Assembly: GCF_001194135.2 (NCBI RefSeq)
Contig: NC_068984.1
Span: 86,178,265-86,234,255 of the forward strand
Source of the DNA: Octopus bimaculoides
Taxonomy: Eukaryota
Direction: 5' to 3'
Length of the DNA stretch: 55,991 nt
The translations under genes and the position numbers were made by a program. The notes beneath the pieces were generated by a model. That model was given only the letters and a program-made list of their open reading frames with translations, searched no databases and was not told where the DNA came from. Positions 37,976-51,819 of the stretch are shown here, piece after piece (within the stretch, counting starts at the first letter, position 1; every line of letters starts with the position of its first letter).

Positions 37976-39507
37976 NNNNNNNNNNNNNNNNNNNNNNNNN
38001 NNNNNNNNNNNNNNNNNNNNNNNNNNNNNNNNNNNNNNNNNNNNNNNNNNNNNNNNNNNNNNNNNNNNNNNNNNNNNNNNNNNNNNNNNNNNNNNNNNNN
38101 NNNNNNNNNNNNNNNNNNNNNNNNNNNNNNNNNNNNNNNNNNNNNNNNNNNNNNNNNNNNNNNNNNNNNNNNNNNNNNNNNNNNNNNNNNNNNNNNNNNN
38201 NNNNNNNNNNNNNNNNNNNNNNNNNNNNNNNNNNNNNNNNNNNNNNNNNNNNNNNNNNNNNNNNNNNNNNNNNNNNNNNNNNNNNNNNNNNNNNNNNNNN
38301 NNNNNNNNNNNNNNNNNNNNNNNNNNNNNNNNNNNNNNNNNNNNNNNNNNNNNNNNNNNNNNNNNNNNNNNNNNNNNNNNNNNNNNNNNNNNNNNNNNNN
38401 NNNNNNNNNNNNNNNNNNNNNNNNNNNNNNNNNNNNNNNNNNNNNNNNNNNNNNNNNNNNNNNNNNNNNNNNNNNNNNNNNNNNNNNNNNNNNNNNNNNN
38501 NNNNNNNNNNNNNNNNNNNNNNNNNNNNNNNNNNNNNNNNNNNNNNNNNNNNNNNNNNNNNNNNNNNNNNNNNNNNNNNNNNNNNNNNNNNNNNNNNNNN
38601 NNNNNNNNNNNNNNNNNNNNNNNNNNNNNNNNNNNNNNNNNNNNNNNNNNNNNNNNNNNNNNNNNNNNNNNNNNNNNNNNNNNNNNNNNNNNNNNNNNNN
38701 NNNNNNNNNNNNNNNNNNNNNNNNNNNNNNNNNNNNNNNNNNNNNNNNNNNNNNNNNNNNNNNNNNNNNNNNNNNNNNNNNNNNNNNNNNNNNNNNNNNN
38801 NNNNNNNNNNNNNNNNNNNNNNNNNNNNNNNNNNNNNNNNNNNNNNNNATATATATATATATATATATATACACATAAGAATAAAATATAACAGATTGCA
38901 ATCTATCACATTAACCAAAGCAAAATTTGCATAAATGTATAATAGAAAAGATACATATATGGTCGTGTATACAATGTACTACAGAAAAATTGTTAATATT
39001 AATCATGAGGATTTTGTCCGATTCCTGAGCTAATTAAGCACACCAAAGATGTTAAACATTTTGTAATATTTTTTTTTTCTTGCAGTATCATGATATAATC
39101 TGGTGGTGACTTGTTTCAAATCTAAAAATACACACTAAAGATATAGAAACTAAATCAAGCTGAAGCCATATAATATAAAGCTTGTATGTCAATTCATATT
39201 CCAGAATAGTAATTTCAGCACAGTAACATACTCGTGGCAACAACTACCATACGTCACTGCCAACAAATGTCTATATATATAAACAGAAATAGCGAGTGTC
39301 TACATAGCTACAAAATATCAGTTGTGAAAATCCTTACAAAAAAGAGCTTTTGATTTCCATTCCGAAAAGATGTTTTACAAAAAGGAAGTAAAGGAATTAA
39401 AGTCTATAACAGTCTTTCGAGCAATTTGGTGAACGGACGTTATACCTAATCACAAACTAACCGAAGGAGATATTACATAGACACTCGGGTTATAAAAAGG
39501 AACCTAC

Positions 39508-39554
39508 CCGTAATCTACTGAACATAGTTCAGAAGAAAGATCATAATGTCTAAT
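39508..39554 (-). CDS. Candidate small coding exon
   Basis: gttgtttttcgctccag|ATT AGA CAT TAT GAT CTT TCT TCT GAA CTA TGT TCA GTA GAT TAC GG|gtaggt, encoding IRHYDLSSELCSVDY(G). Splice signals plus an open frame only. Confidence 0.2.
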
Positions 39555-39986
39555 CTGGAGCGAAAAACAACACCGACCACATCCAGAAAATAAAACAGAG
39601 AAGGTCTACAAATGTTAATAGACATAAGAAATTATTGCTTCAAACTTAGAACGTAAAGCACTAGTAACAAGAAATAAAATTGCGTTGAAATAGAAGGAAA
39701 CTTGAGCGCTGATTTTCAGTGAAACACACAAACACACACACACGCACATATACATACATACATACACACACACATATATATACACATACATATATGCACA
39801 CATACACACACATGTCAAAATCTAAGACAGTTATGCAAGCTATTCAAGGTATTTCATAACACGCGCGCGCGCATACAAACACACATATATATATATACGC
39901 ACATGTATATATGTGTATGTGTGCGTGTGTGTGTGTGTGTTTATGTATATGCATACATACATACATACATGCATACATACATACAT

Positions 39987-40048
<62 letters not shown>

Positions 40049-41467
40049 NNNNNNNNNNNNNNNNNNNNNNNNNNNNNNNNNNNNNNNNNNNNNNNNNNNN
40101 NNNNNNNNNNNCTTCTAATCTACTTCATCAAGTTAACTAAAAATGTTTAATAAGTTAAAATTACTCCCAGTAACGGAGAAGAAACATTGGCATTAATGAT
40201 AGTTCTTGTCGAGAAAGACAAGGGAGTGAACCCTGAAGTCTAAATTGATTAAAATTTAAATGCATGTATGTGGGAGGGAGTCTAATCATTGGTAGTTACG
40301 GTGACACTGCTGCACATATTTCGATCATATTAGACCTCATCAGCGAATTGTACATACACACACACGCACACACACATACATATCTATACTTACCTACCTC
40401 CCTACCTTCGTACCTACATATATGCATATACTGTTGCTGCACATGAAATTAACTGCTTGGCTCTTTCTGGTTATTACATATCATGCTTATTATATACGTG
40501 GGTTATTACATAACCATAATGAATATATAGTAGCATACAAACCTGATTTGCGATATGTGCTGATGAGATATTTGTCTACGACGAGGTAATCTTATTTGTA
40601 AAGGAGAAAGTATTGCTGATCTAACCGCAGATATGCATGCCAAACTGCATTCCATGTGGCAGGTGAACTGAGAATGTTGAAGAATAATCCTATGCTAAAT
40701 AACATTTATCCGATGCACTACCGTATCAACAAACTTAAATTTAGGTCTATAATTAAAGTAGAAAGCATCAAATAATGAAGCGCCTGCCAGACACAGTCTT
40801 CGTAGTCGTTTAAATCAGCGGTTCCTCAACGTTTTCAAACTACCGCCCCTTTAGCTTCTACGCTACATTCCTAGCACTCTCTCATGCACCACCACAAGCA
40901 TAGAGCTCTTTCCACAGCAAATTCAAGATAACTCAGTTAACTCATTATTTTGCTGTTTTTACTATATGAAAGAGATTTACATCTCACCTGTAATTACGTT
41001 GTTATCATATTTTTAATACAATAGATCTGCTGTACTTTGTGCAGGGATATCAGCTTCTCGACATAGTCTCAGATTTCTACGTTCTATGATTTTCAGTCTG
41101 CTTTGCTTTACTTAGAAAGTGGTTGGGTAGCTGAGTGAAGCCCCGCTCTCTTAATTGTGGTGTTGAGAAGGCAATAAAGTACATCTTGACTTTGTTCCAC
41201 AGTACAAAGTAGCAATCAGAAATGTCCTTGTGCAATCAAAAATCCTGATATGAATTTTTGAACTTTGGTCTCAGTTCAATGTCCTTTTAAAGTAAAACTA
41301 GTTCTTCCTGCACTATTCTTGTTTCCTCATTACTTATATCGAAAAGTCACCCAGACTGGATTTTATGTAGAAATAAATATATTGATGTGATTTGTCTTCA
41401 TTTTCATATCCGAGGGGATATGCATTCTTAATTGAAACAAGTTGTGAACCCACATATACATGCAGAT

Positions 41468-41549
<82 letters not shown>

Positions 41550-42725
41550 CGGAAAGGTTTCGAAACAGCGAGGCTTAGAGAAAAACGGAATTGATTTTCG
41601 AAATCTGCGTCCCAAGGGGAAGGATTTTGGTTATTTGTAATCAAAAAATGTATTTTTGCCTATCTGTCTATCGATCAATCTGGCTCTCTATCTTTTATGC
41701 TTTTCTCATTGTAAACTTTCCCCCTCTGTGTATATATTTACCAAACTCTCTCCCTCCCACTTTCTCTTATATGTATATCTCTAAAACATGCTATTTCCCA
41801 CTCTCTCTTGAAATGACATGCAATGGAAGTCAGTCACGTGTCCGTCTACTTAAATTATTTACATGCCTATTCGACCATTTCAAATGACCCCATTACAACT
41901 TATTAAAACTTCTTACAACTTTCATCGTCATGCTTTTATTTTCATATTGTGATAGACAGCTACCACACAGAAAACGCTAGCTTCCAAATCCTGTTTTCTG
42001 ATTGGGAAAAAAATCGCCAAACTTTAAATCTCAGTAACATTTTACTAAAATTTTTCTGGAATATAGATGTATCAAAATCAGATTCAGCGTGATTAATTAC
42101 ATCAATAAACCAAATTTGAATTTCACGTAATTTTCAAATTTCAAAGTCTGTGACAGCAACAGAAAGATCCCCTCTCTCTATCAGTCTGTCTGTCTCTCTC
42201 TGCCTTTTACGCTTTTCTCATTGTAAATTTTCCTCCCTCGCTATACGTATATTCTGCACTCTTTCTCTGTATATCTCTCACGCTGATTGTCAGTGTGTGT
42301 CTGTATATATATATATATATATNNNNNNNNNNNNNNNNNNNNNNNNNNNNNNNNNNNNNNNNNNNNNNNNNNNNNNNNNNNNNNNNNNNNNNNNNNNNNN
42401 NNNNNNNNNNNNNNNNNNNNNNNNNNNNNNNNNNNNNNNNNNNNNNNNNNNNNNNNNNNNNNNNNNNNNNNNNNNNNNNNNNNNNNNNNNNNNNNNNNNN
42501 NNNNNNNNNNNNNNNNNNNNNNNNNNNNNNNNNNNNNNNNNNNNNNNNNNNNNNNNNNNNNNNNNNNNNNNNNNNNNNNNNNNNNNNNNNNNNNNNNNNN
42601 NNNNNNNNNNNNNNNNNNNNNNNNNNNNNNNNNNNNNNNNNNNNNNNNNNNNNNNNNNNNNNNNNNNNNNNNNNNNNNNNNNNNNNNNNNNNNNNNNNNN
42701 NNNNNNNNNNNNNNNNNNNNNNNNN

Positions 42726-42779
<54 letters not shown>

Positions 42780-42940
42780 CGTTTGTGTGTACATAATGTG
42801 TGTGTGTGTGTGTGTGCGCGCTGTTCCATGATGGTAAGATCAACAAAGAAGTACTCCATCTGGTGAGTTGTAAATATTATTTAATACACACAAAATAAGA
42901 TTTTATGTGCTACTATTAGTTTCATGCATGAAAGCATGCC

Positions 42941-43222
42941 GGGCAGTATTTTTTAACATGTCTGGTGCATTAGCGCAATCTTCAGACACTGCCCACATGG
43001 CATAACAAGCTGAATATAGGACGACAGGATAAGAGAAAAAGCGAGAAAAGGCGAGAAGGTTGTATTATCATCTAGCGTTACTATAACTTCTTCCTCATAT
43101 ATGACGGATTTAATTTTACATCCCTGGACAAATTGATAGGTTCCTGGGTCTACACAGTTACAACTGGTAGTGGGCTATGAGTGTTGTTCTCGTGTAATGA
43201 TGCTTTTCATATTGGGGCAGCA
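42941..43222 (-). mobile_element. Penelope-like fragment with a decayed hammerhead downstream
   Basis: 43222-43050 translates to ...TSCNCVDPGTYQFVQGCKIKSVIYEEEVIVT (PLE CNC...SVIY motif before GIY-YIG). 42994-42941 reads gggcagtgt-CTGAAGA-ttgcgc-taat-gcacca-GA-catg-tta..atactgccc. Confidence 0.6.
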
Positions 43223-43252
43223 ATATATATATATATATATATATATATGTGC

Positions 43253-43345
43253 GAAGATTTCAAAACAAAAGTATTTCAGGTTGCAAGTTCTTCGGTGGGG
43301 TTTAAATCGCGTAAGTCCAGTGACTGGTCTTCAGACAAATCACCA
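43253..43345. repeat. Inverted duplicate of 43991-44083
   Basis: 93 bp with one mismatch, appended at the 3' tail of the RTE. Confidence 0.92.
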
Positions 43346-45450
43346 TATATATATATGGTGGTTGTCTACTTATGCAGAGTCTGGCCATCTCTTGTACCTA
43401 CACCTTAGATCCATCATGGCGTCTGATGTGGCTTTTTAAACTAGACAATGTATTGAAAAGTCACCCACACTGATTGTATATCCGAATTGGACCACCAAGA
43501 GCTGCAGTTAAGTTCTGATCTTTGTGGATCTTAAAATGTATTTTGAGGCCTCTGTTATATTTGCAGACCTTATGGCATACACGGCATTGAAAAGTGTGCA
43601 CAGATATATAGAGAGGATAATTGGTGGAGGTTCGTTTTTCCTGGATCCGCAAATGAGATTTGAGGCCAGCAAAAGAAAGGCATGGTCTGTCACAAACTGT
43701 GCACACAAAAAGGTCACTGAGGTTCATCTTTTCGATCGCAACATTCTTCTTTAAGTCTCTCATGAGTCTTGCATATGTTATCCTGGCCTCCTCAGACGCT
43801 TTCACTCCACTCTACACTTTTGTTCGCTATCCAGCTCGATCCGAAGCAAGGGTTTCTATCGCCTTTGGATCCATTCTAAGTGACTTCATGGTAGTTCTTA
43901 TGCCATCCCATAACCTCTTTTTAGGTTCAAGGACTGAGAAAGAAGTGTATTGCCTAAATTTTGCTTTACTAAAAGTAGATCATGAATTTCTGGTGATTTG
44001 TCTGAAGACCAGTCACTGGACTTACGCGATTTAAACCCCACCGAAGAACTTGCAGCCTGAAATACTTTTGTTTTGAAATCTTCCCATAGATTCTTTGGAT
44101 CAAGATTGATACTTTCTATAGTATCGTGGAATCTTTGCAAGTTGCTTGATAATTTGAAGTTTGCAACATTTAACTTTTTAAGTACCTTAGGACCAGACTG
44201 TCGACTTTTAGGAAATTTTCGAAAAAAATTCATTTTTCCACGCACAGTCAGTCCTGCTCTCTGCTCCTCTCATGACCCGAACACTAGAAACATCTTTCAT
44301 ATCACGCTTACTAATCTATGAAATGCCAGTCCTTAGATGTTGGGTGCATCCAGTTGGTTTTATATTTATTTTTCTGCTTAATCAGAGTGTTGGTAACAAC
44401 CAGATTATTCTCAGTACAAAACGTCAAAAGAGCTACTCCATTTTTGTTACATTTTCCAGTCTCATGTCAGCCTAAAATAGGCCATGAAATGTAGTCATTT
44501 CTAATTCTTGCGTTGAAATCTCCCAATATGACCAGCTTGTCAGAAGTTGGTACTTTCCTCAGTAACTGTACTAGATAATCATAAAACTGTTCTACAGTTT
44601 CGTCACAATGAGTTATTGTTGGTGCATAAATACAGACAAGGGTAAAAAAACCCCTACCTTTTGTCAGTTTTATACGGCAAAAAATGGTTCGGTCAGATAT
44701 ACTACTTGGAAATTCTGCAATGGAGGATACTAATGAATTCTTGAGAGCAAATCCAACACCAGATTCTCTACGCTGACTCTCTGGTAGGACTCTCCAGAAG
44801 ACAGTATATCTATAAGTAGGTTCATTTATTTGACCCTCACCAGAGGGACGAGCTTCAGAAAGTGCAACTATATCTAGAGAATATTTTCTAAACTCACATA
44901 CAATAAGTGCAGTACGCCTTTCTGGCCTCTTGTTGAAATTATCATCTAGAAGTGTGCGCACATTCCAACAGCCAAAAATTCAGAGGTTGCTCATTTTTTT
45001 TTCTTCTTGAAGTGGTAAGATGACGACCGGACCCAGCCTGTGACATATTGGGACACCTGCCGAGCCAAACCTGTTCCTCTGACGTTCCCAAGTCTTTTTT
45101 GCCATTTACTGAATCCGTTTGAGACATTTCACAGTAAGTTGCAAATGCATTTTTAGGTTTCTGCCAACCAATTCAATGATTTTACTAATATTTGGTGTAA
45201 AAGAAGTACCTGTGCAGATGAATAATTTTCAGTGGGTGTAGCTTGCACTATACTGCCCCCACCTACTGGCCCAAGAAGACTTTCGCCGGTATAACATGAG
45301 AACTGACAAAACTGGGAACTTCCAAGAACTCAATTTTTATTTTGGAGATTTCCTTCTCTTAGGTAGATTACCAACCAAGGTTAAAGAGCTTCTACCTCGC
45401 CATGAGGCAGGCTATCTCGTGTCAGACACCAAACCAACACCAAAACGCTC
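43346..45450 (-). mobile_element. RTE-clade LINE retaining 5' UTR, AP endonuclease and three C-terminal C2H2 fingers but lacking the RT domain
   Basis: ORF 44467-44961 has APE motifs (RPERRTAL..., DIVALSEAR, ESGVGF, YAPT, LGDFNAR), the linker is at 43898-44245, and fingers FVCTVCDRPCLSFAGLKSHLRI, FQCRVCHKVCKYNRGLKIHFKIH and a broken third ...LKSHIRRH follow. No YADD or other RT motifs lie between them. Confidence 0.88.
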
Positions 45451-45584
45451 GATAAAGTGATTAAATATCTAACCGGTGTCAGACGCAGAGCAGCTCCTAC
45501 ATACATACATAAAAAAAGTAAAAATATGTAATTTAAAAATATAAATAAAATAAGATTTAAGTATAAATAATATATATTCTTTTA

Positions 45585-45972
45585 TTCTTTTACTTGTTTC
45601 AATCATTTGACTGCAGCCATTCTGGATCACCGCATTTAGTCGAATAAATCGACCTCAGGACTTATTCATTGTAAACCTAGTACTTATTCTATCGGTCTCC
45701 TTTGCCGAATCGCTAAGTTGCGGAGACGTAAACACACCAACATCAGTTGTCAAGCGATGGTGGTGGTGGTGGGTGGGACAAACACAGACACACACACACA
45801 CAAACACAAATATATATAAGAAGGGCTTCTTTCAGTTTCCGTCTACCAAATCCACTCAAAAGGCTTTGGTCGGCCTAAGGCTATAGTAGAAGACACTTGC
45901 CCAAGATGCCACGCAGTGACACTGAACTCGGAACCATGTGCTTCGGAAGCAAGCTTCTTACGACATAGCCAC
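45585..45972 (-). mobile_element. SINE family A (complete)
   Basis: Reverse complement of the 6985-7365 consensus from tail to head. Confidence 0.85.
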
Positions 45973-46463
45973 TCCATATAAAAAAGTAAAAATATACATA
46001 TATTTATATAAACATATANNNNNNNNNNNNNNNNNNNNNNNNNNNNNNNNNNNNNNNNNNNNNNNNNNNNNNNNNNNNNNNNNNNNNNNNNNNNNNNNNN
46101 NNNNNNNNNNNNNNNNNNNNNNNNNNNNNNNNNNNNNNNNNNNNNNNNNNNNNNNNNNNNNNNNNNNNNNNNNNNNNNNNNNNNNNNNNNNNNNNNNNNN
46201 NNNNNNNNNNNNNNNNNNNNNNNNNNNNNNNNNNNNNNNNNNNNNNNNNNNNTATATATATATATATACATACATACATACACACACACACACAGATATA
46301 TATATGTATATATATATATATATATATCTTTAGTTAAATATATTCAATGAGAAAATTATATACTGAATTTATATTGAATGCTTTATTGTATCAAAGTATT
46401 AATACTATTAAAGTATTTATGTATTTAATAGGAGCGATTATATATATATTTTATGATATATCA

Positions 46464-46753
46464 TTATTAATGTCAGGAAATCAATATTGGAAAATTCACC
46501 AGAAAGATATATACGTGTGTAAAATAATTGTTGTATTAAAGATATAAATATATGTAAATATGTATAAGTATAAATATATATTACAGTTTTAAACATAATA
46601 ATAGATATGACAGTTTTAAACTGTCATATTTATTATTATATATCTATACTTATACATATTTACATATATTTATATTTTTAATACAACAGTTATTTTACAC
46701 TCGTAAGTATCTTTCTGATGAATTTTCTAATATTGATTTCCCGATATTAATAA
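46464..46753. repeat. AT-rich ~290-bp imperfect palindrome (foldback)
   Basis: Centre atatgacagttt-t-aaactgtcatat at 46617. Outer arms ggaaatcaatattggaaaattcaccagaaagata / tatctttctgatgaattttctaatattgatttcc. Confidence 0.9.
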
Positions 46754-46860
46754 TAATATATTATAATATATATATATATATATATATATGCATACATACA
46801 TACACACACATATATATATATATGTATGTGTGTNNNNNNNNNNNNNNNNNNNNNNNNNNN

Positions 46861-46891
<31 letters not shown>

Positions 46892-46976
46892 CATGCATAC
46901 ATACATATATACATACACACACACATATGTACACATACATATGTAAACGTGCACACTGTACACACACACACACATA

Positions 46977-49613
46977 CGGTAGACTTCGGATATAATGGAC
47001 ACCTCGGGACTGGGAAAATGTGTCCGTTATAACCGAAAATGAAGTGAAACTGTTTGTACCGCGCACCCTTCTACAGGGTATACTGTACACGATGAGATTC
47101 ATCAAGATAAAGTATCACATTGCAATCTCATGTCCATGAGTACTAAATAAAAATCAAAACATTGAATTATTGTACTCTTATAAAATCGACAGATTTGTGA
47201 TTAAGTACACACGAAGACGTTCACGTTCACATTCGGTTCGAAATAGTTATTTTCTATTGTTTCAGAATTGTATATGTATTCTTGTGAATCACTTCCTCTA
47301 TTTTCACTGTACAGTTGAAAATGTCTTCCGCCTCTGGCCATTCTACCGAGAGAACAAACCGTCACAAAGTATTCAAGGCGGAATATGCATCACCGCTTGT
47401 GGGAGGGGTATTAGATTCACCACCTTCCTCATTCCCATCATCATCACCAGCTTCGTCCTCTATATCAACACGTGTCATCTGCGGAGCTTCTTAATTCTGC
47501 GACAATCTCCTCATCAGTCCAATCCTCGGTAGTACTGACATCAGCCGAATCGATATTCACATCTAATAGCGAAAGTTCTACGCCCCAAATGTTATTTAGA
47601 CGATCCCAAATGTTTCGAAAAACCGTGTGGTCATCATCATCATCATCCTGGATTTCATTGTCCCCAATTCTAACGCCACTCGTCTCTTCCGCACTTTCGT
47701 TCGCCGGTTGTTTGACGAAACTGACTTTCTTCCAATAGTTTCGGACAGTTTCGCATTTGACCATCGTCCAGCTGAATTTCACAACTAGTAAACAATCCAG
47801 AATGTCCCATTTGAAATCTTGATTGTTTTCAGCGGCTGCTAGTCGTCGGCCAGCTAATATTTTTCTGTAGTGGAATTTCAAGTCCTTAATAGTTACTGCG
47901 TCCATAGATTGCATTACAGACGTGGTATTTGGTGAGAGGAAGATCAGCTCGACGTTTTCCAGTTCAATTTGTGGACGGGCTGAGCAGTTGTCGACGATCA
48001 TAGCAACTTTTCGATTTACGTTTCTCATACGACGGTTAAAATTTCTCATCTCAGATTCGAAAATGTCACCACGCAACCAAGCTTTTTTATTCGCCTGGTG
48101 CATAGCAGGAAAATTCTTGAACGCAAGCAGTTTTGCACTTTTACCTATTGCGAGAAGCGGCATTTTTCAGGCCCGTCCATGTAAAGTTATTCTCGTTTGG
48201 GGTTGCTTTTTCCCTTTATTCTGTTCACCAATAAATCCGAGGCTTCTATCTGGTAACATTTACCAAAATAGACCAGTTTCATCACAATTGAATATGTTAC
48301 GTTCTTGATAGCGTGTCAGAACGTCGTTCGTCACACCTTCTCTCCACCCCTTAACCACATTCAAGTCCACACCTCCGGATTCACCTGACTTCAGGATCTT
48401 CCCTACATTCTAGCGTTTCTTCCACCTTTCAATCCATACAGTACTAGGCATGGTTTCACGGTTGAATTCCTTTGCAAAATATGCGGCTTTCTGTATCAGC
48501 ATTTCCCCATCAGTACATAAATCCGGCTTGGAGTAATATTGTATGAAACCAAATAATGAGCGCCTGGTCTACATCATCATAATTTGTCGCGCGGAATCAC
48601 TTTCTAGCAGTGTCTGGTCTCGCGTCCTTCTTTCTCGATTCCTCTTTAATCTTGTTCTTGTTTTTAACAATGTCACTGAGTGTTTGCTTTGGAATTTCAA
48701 AGTGTGAGACCATAGCTGTCTTTTTCATCGAACTCTTTTTGTCACAGTATTCTAAAATTTCCAACTTTTTATCGGTGGTTAGAGCACTCCTTTTCCGTTT
48801 CGGACTGTTCATTTTGATTGGAAATGGAAAGTTCAACACGAAAAAGATACAAATTCGCACAACAAAAGGACGTAAACGTGACAAAAACGTATGGATCTTT
48901 GTGGTTTTCGTCACTGCAAGTGGAAATCTTCAAAAAACTTTTTTAATGTAGCATATAGATGTAATTTGTGACACCGAATCCGAATTAGTTATTCATCTAT
49001 TCCAGAAAAAGTTTGCGAAAATGTTACAGGTGTTCAAAGTTTGATAGATTTCAGAATATTCAGCCAATCAGCAAACAGCGCGTTCATTTCCTCTTCTATC
49101 GTCTGTCACAGTAGCGAAAAGATGGTGGCGGGGGGCATGTAAAAAGCATTAGAAATAACAGTTAAAACATTAAAGCATACGCGAGCGAATCATATATTTA
49201 AAAGCTACGAGCAAACCAACTAGAAGTGCTATAAATAACAGTCAAAACATTAAAATATACAGGAGCAAAGTAAGCAGTGTAAAACATTAAAACATACGCG
49301 AGCAAATTAAATATTAAAAAAAATATATTAAAACATACGCGAGCAAATTAATTATTTAAAAGCTACGAGCAAACCAACTGGATTTGCTAGAAATAAGTCA
49401 AAACATTGCTTAAAACAAAATTTATTAGTGAAAAAAATAACCGAGGAAATTTGCAGTTTTTTTACCATTGGAGTCGAGAAAAATCGTCCGTTATAAGCGA
49501 ATATCCGAGTCTGTTATAGGAGCCGAAATCTATATGAAATTTCCATTACGAAAATCCGGACCGGACAATTTTGTCCGTTATAAGTGATTGTCCGTTATAT
49601 TCAATGTCTACTG
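46977..49613 (-). mobile_element. Full-length degenerate Tigger/pogo transposon
   Basis: TIRs cggtagacttcggatataatggac / gtccgttatattcaatgtctactg with TA duplications, and subterminal GTCCGTTATA repeats at both ends. CENP-B-type HTH (KRKRSALTTDKKLEIL..., 48597-48914) and DDE_1 (IFNCDETG, KKAWLRGDIF, MIVDNCSAR, FLSPNTTSVMQSMD) are interrupted by stops and frameshifts. Confidence 0.92.
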
Positions 49614-50112
49614 TACATACATATGTATACATTCACACTTTCTTCAATGTCTCCTAGATTTTTCTACCTTGGGAACCACAGATTTAAATCGTTAGACCTT
49701 TTAAAAATAGCCAACAAAACGTTTTCCAATCTCGCTCTACCTTTTTTTAAGCTGTGTCTAAAACGATGAGATAGCTAGAAAGTCTTTTATCGTAGGACCT
49801 CTTGCTTAGTACTGACTTCTGTGGTTTAACAACAGTAACAAAAACAACAACCGCAACAGCAGCAAACGCGAATTTTGTCTTATAGAAACATACAATGGAT
49901 CAACATTTTTAATTCTGAAGAAATTTTGTTTTTTCCTTTTTGATTTTTTGTACTTTTTTTTTTTTTTTGTCAGCATGAATGTGGTCTAATCTAAAAATAT
50001 ATCCATCCGGATAAAGACTGCTTTTGAATAAATAAATAAATAAATAAAATCGATAAAAATACCATGATGTGATCAATTTATGAGTTGACCAATTGAAGAC
50101 ACCATAGCTTAC

Positions 50113-50165
50113 TTTTTGCTGCTTGTCATATGTTTTTTTCTTTTTTGCCAAACCCGCTCCTATTC
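50113..50165 (-). CDS. Candidate small coding exon
   Basis: ttcaacag|GA ATA GGA GCG GGT TTG GCA AAA AAG AAA AAA ACA TAT GAC AAG CAG CAA AAA|gtaagc, encoding (G)IGAGLAKKKKTYDKQQK. Splice signals plus an open frame only. Confidence 0.2.
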
Positions 50166-50913
50166 CTGTTGAATCTGATGTGTAAGCAGGAACTAAAATG
50201 ATACATCATCTTGATTTGCTGGCGTGTGTGAAATCCGGTATAAACCGTATGAATAATATAATTATATTTTATGCGCAAATTGTCAATAAACTAAACATTT
50301 CAGCTTATATTACTGAAGCTGTTTATATCTTTAAATCTGTACGATATATGAAAATCATTTAAAGATGGGTTTACAAATGTTATAAGATAATTAAAGTTGA
50401 GTTTATTAAGTACGAAATTGATATCATATGACTTAGTTAAATGAGTGCATGATCTTTGATCTCTATGGCAGCCAGAAGATACCTAGAGATGAAAAAAAGG
50501 AAACAAAATTTTAGCAGGGGCGTATGTTCTGGGTGTGCTAGCTGTATGCTGTACAAACAACAAAAGACAGCATACTTTCATCACAAATATTAAGCTCACT
50601 CAATAATTACAATTATGAGTCATAGGGAGAGGGGTAAATTTTCTGTTATGAAATATTGTGGTTGTTAATAGATGGCGAGATAATGCGAAAGTATCGAAGC
50701 TTCTGTGTTATTTAAGCTTGTATGCATAAATTCGTTAAAAATTCGTCAAATCTAAATAATTAATTCTTGAATTAATTAATTATAGCTGATTTTTCTTTTC
50801 TTGTAATATCATGCATGATATAATCGAGTCATAATTTGTTGTAAACTTTTGTAATACAAACACAAAAGAAAAAAAAAGGATGAAATCTTGTACAGGTTGC
50901 ACAACGCATATTC

Positions 50914-51068
50914 TGAGGCTGTGTGGTAAGAAGTTTGTTTCCCAACAACATAGTTCCGGGTTCAGTCCCACTGTATGGCACTTAGGCAACTGTTTTCTAG
51001 TTTAGCTTCGGCCTGACCAAAAGCCTGTGAATGGATATGGTAGAAAGAAACTGAACGAAACCCATCGT
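50914..51068 (+). mobile_element. SINE family A, 5' half
   Basis: gaggctgtgtggtaagaagtttgtttcccaac...gggttcagtcccactg...aaagcctgtgaatggat.tggtag...gaaactgaacgaaaccc. Confidence 0.8.
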
Positions 51069-51075
51069 ATATATA

Positions 51076-51146
<71 letters not shown>

Positions 51147-51779
51147 NNNNNNNNNNNNNNNNNNNNNNNNNNNNNNNNNNNNNNNNNNNNNNNNNNNNNN
51201 NNNNNNNNNNNNNNNNNNNNNNNNNNNNNNNNNNNNNNNNNNNNNNNNNNNNNNNNNNNNNNNNNNNNNNNNNNNNNNNNNNNNNNNNNNNNNNNNNNNN
51301 NNNNNNNNNNNNNNNNNNNNNNNNNNNNNNNNNNNNNNNNNNNNNNNNNNNNNNNNNNNNNNNNNNNNNNNNNNNNNNNNNNNNNNNNNNNNNNNNNNNN
51401 NNNNNNNNNNNNNNNNNNNNNNNNNNNNNNNNNNNNNNNNNNNNNNNNNNNNNNNNNNNNNNNNNNNNNNNNNNNNNNNNNNNNNNNNNNNNNNNNNNNN
51501 NNNNNNNNNNNNNNNNNNNNNNNNNNNNNNNNNNNNNNNNNNNNNNNNNNNNNNNNNNNNNNNNNNNNNNNNNNNNNNNNNNNNNNNNNNNNNNNNNNNN
51601 NNNNNNNNNNNNNNNNNNNNNNNNNNNNNNNNNNNNNNNNNNNNNNNNNNNNNNNNNNNNNNNNNNNNNNNNNNNNNNNNNNNNNNNNNNNNNNNNNNNN
51701 NNNNNNNNNNNNNNNNNNNNNNNNNNNNNNNNNNNNNNNNNNNNNNNNNNNNNNNNNNNNNNNNNNNNNNNNNNNNNNN

Positions 51780-51819
<40 letters not shown>

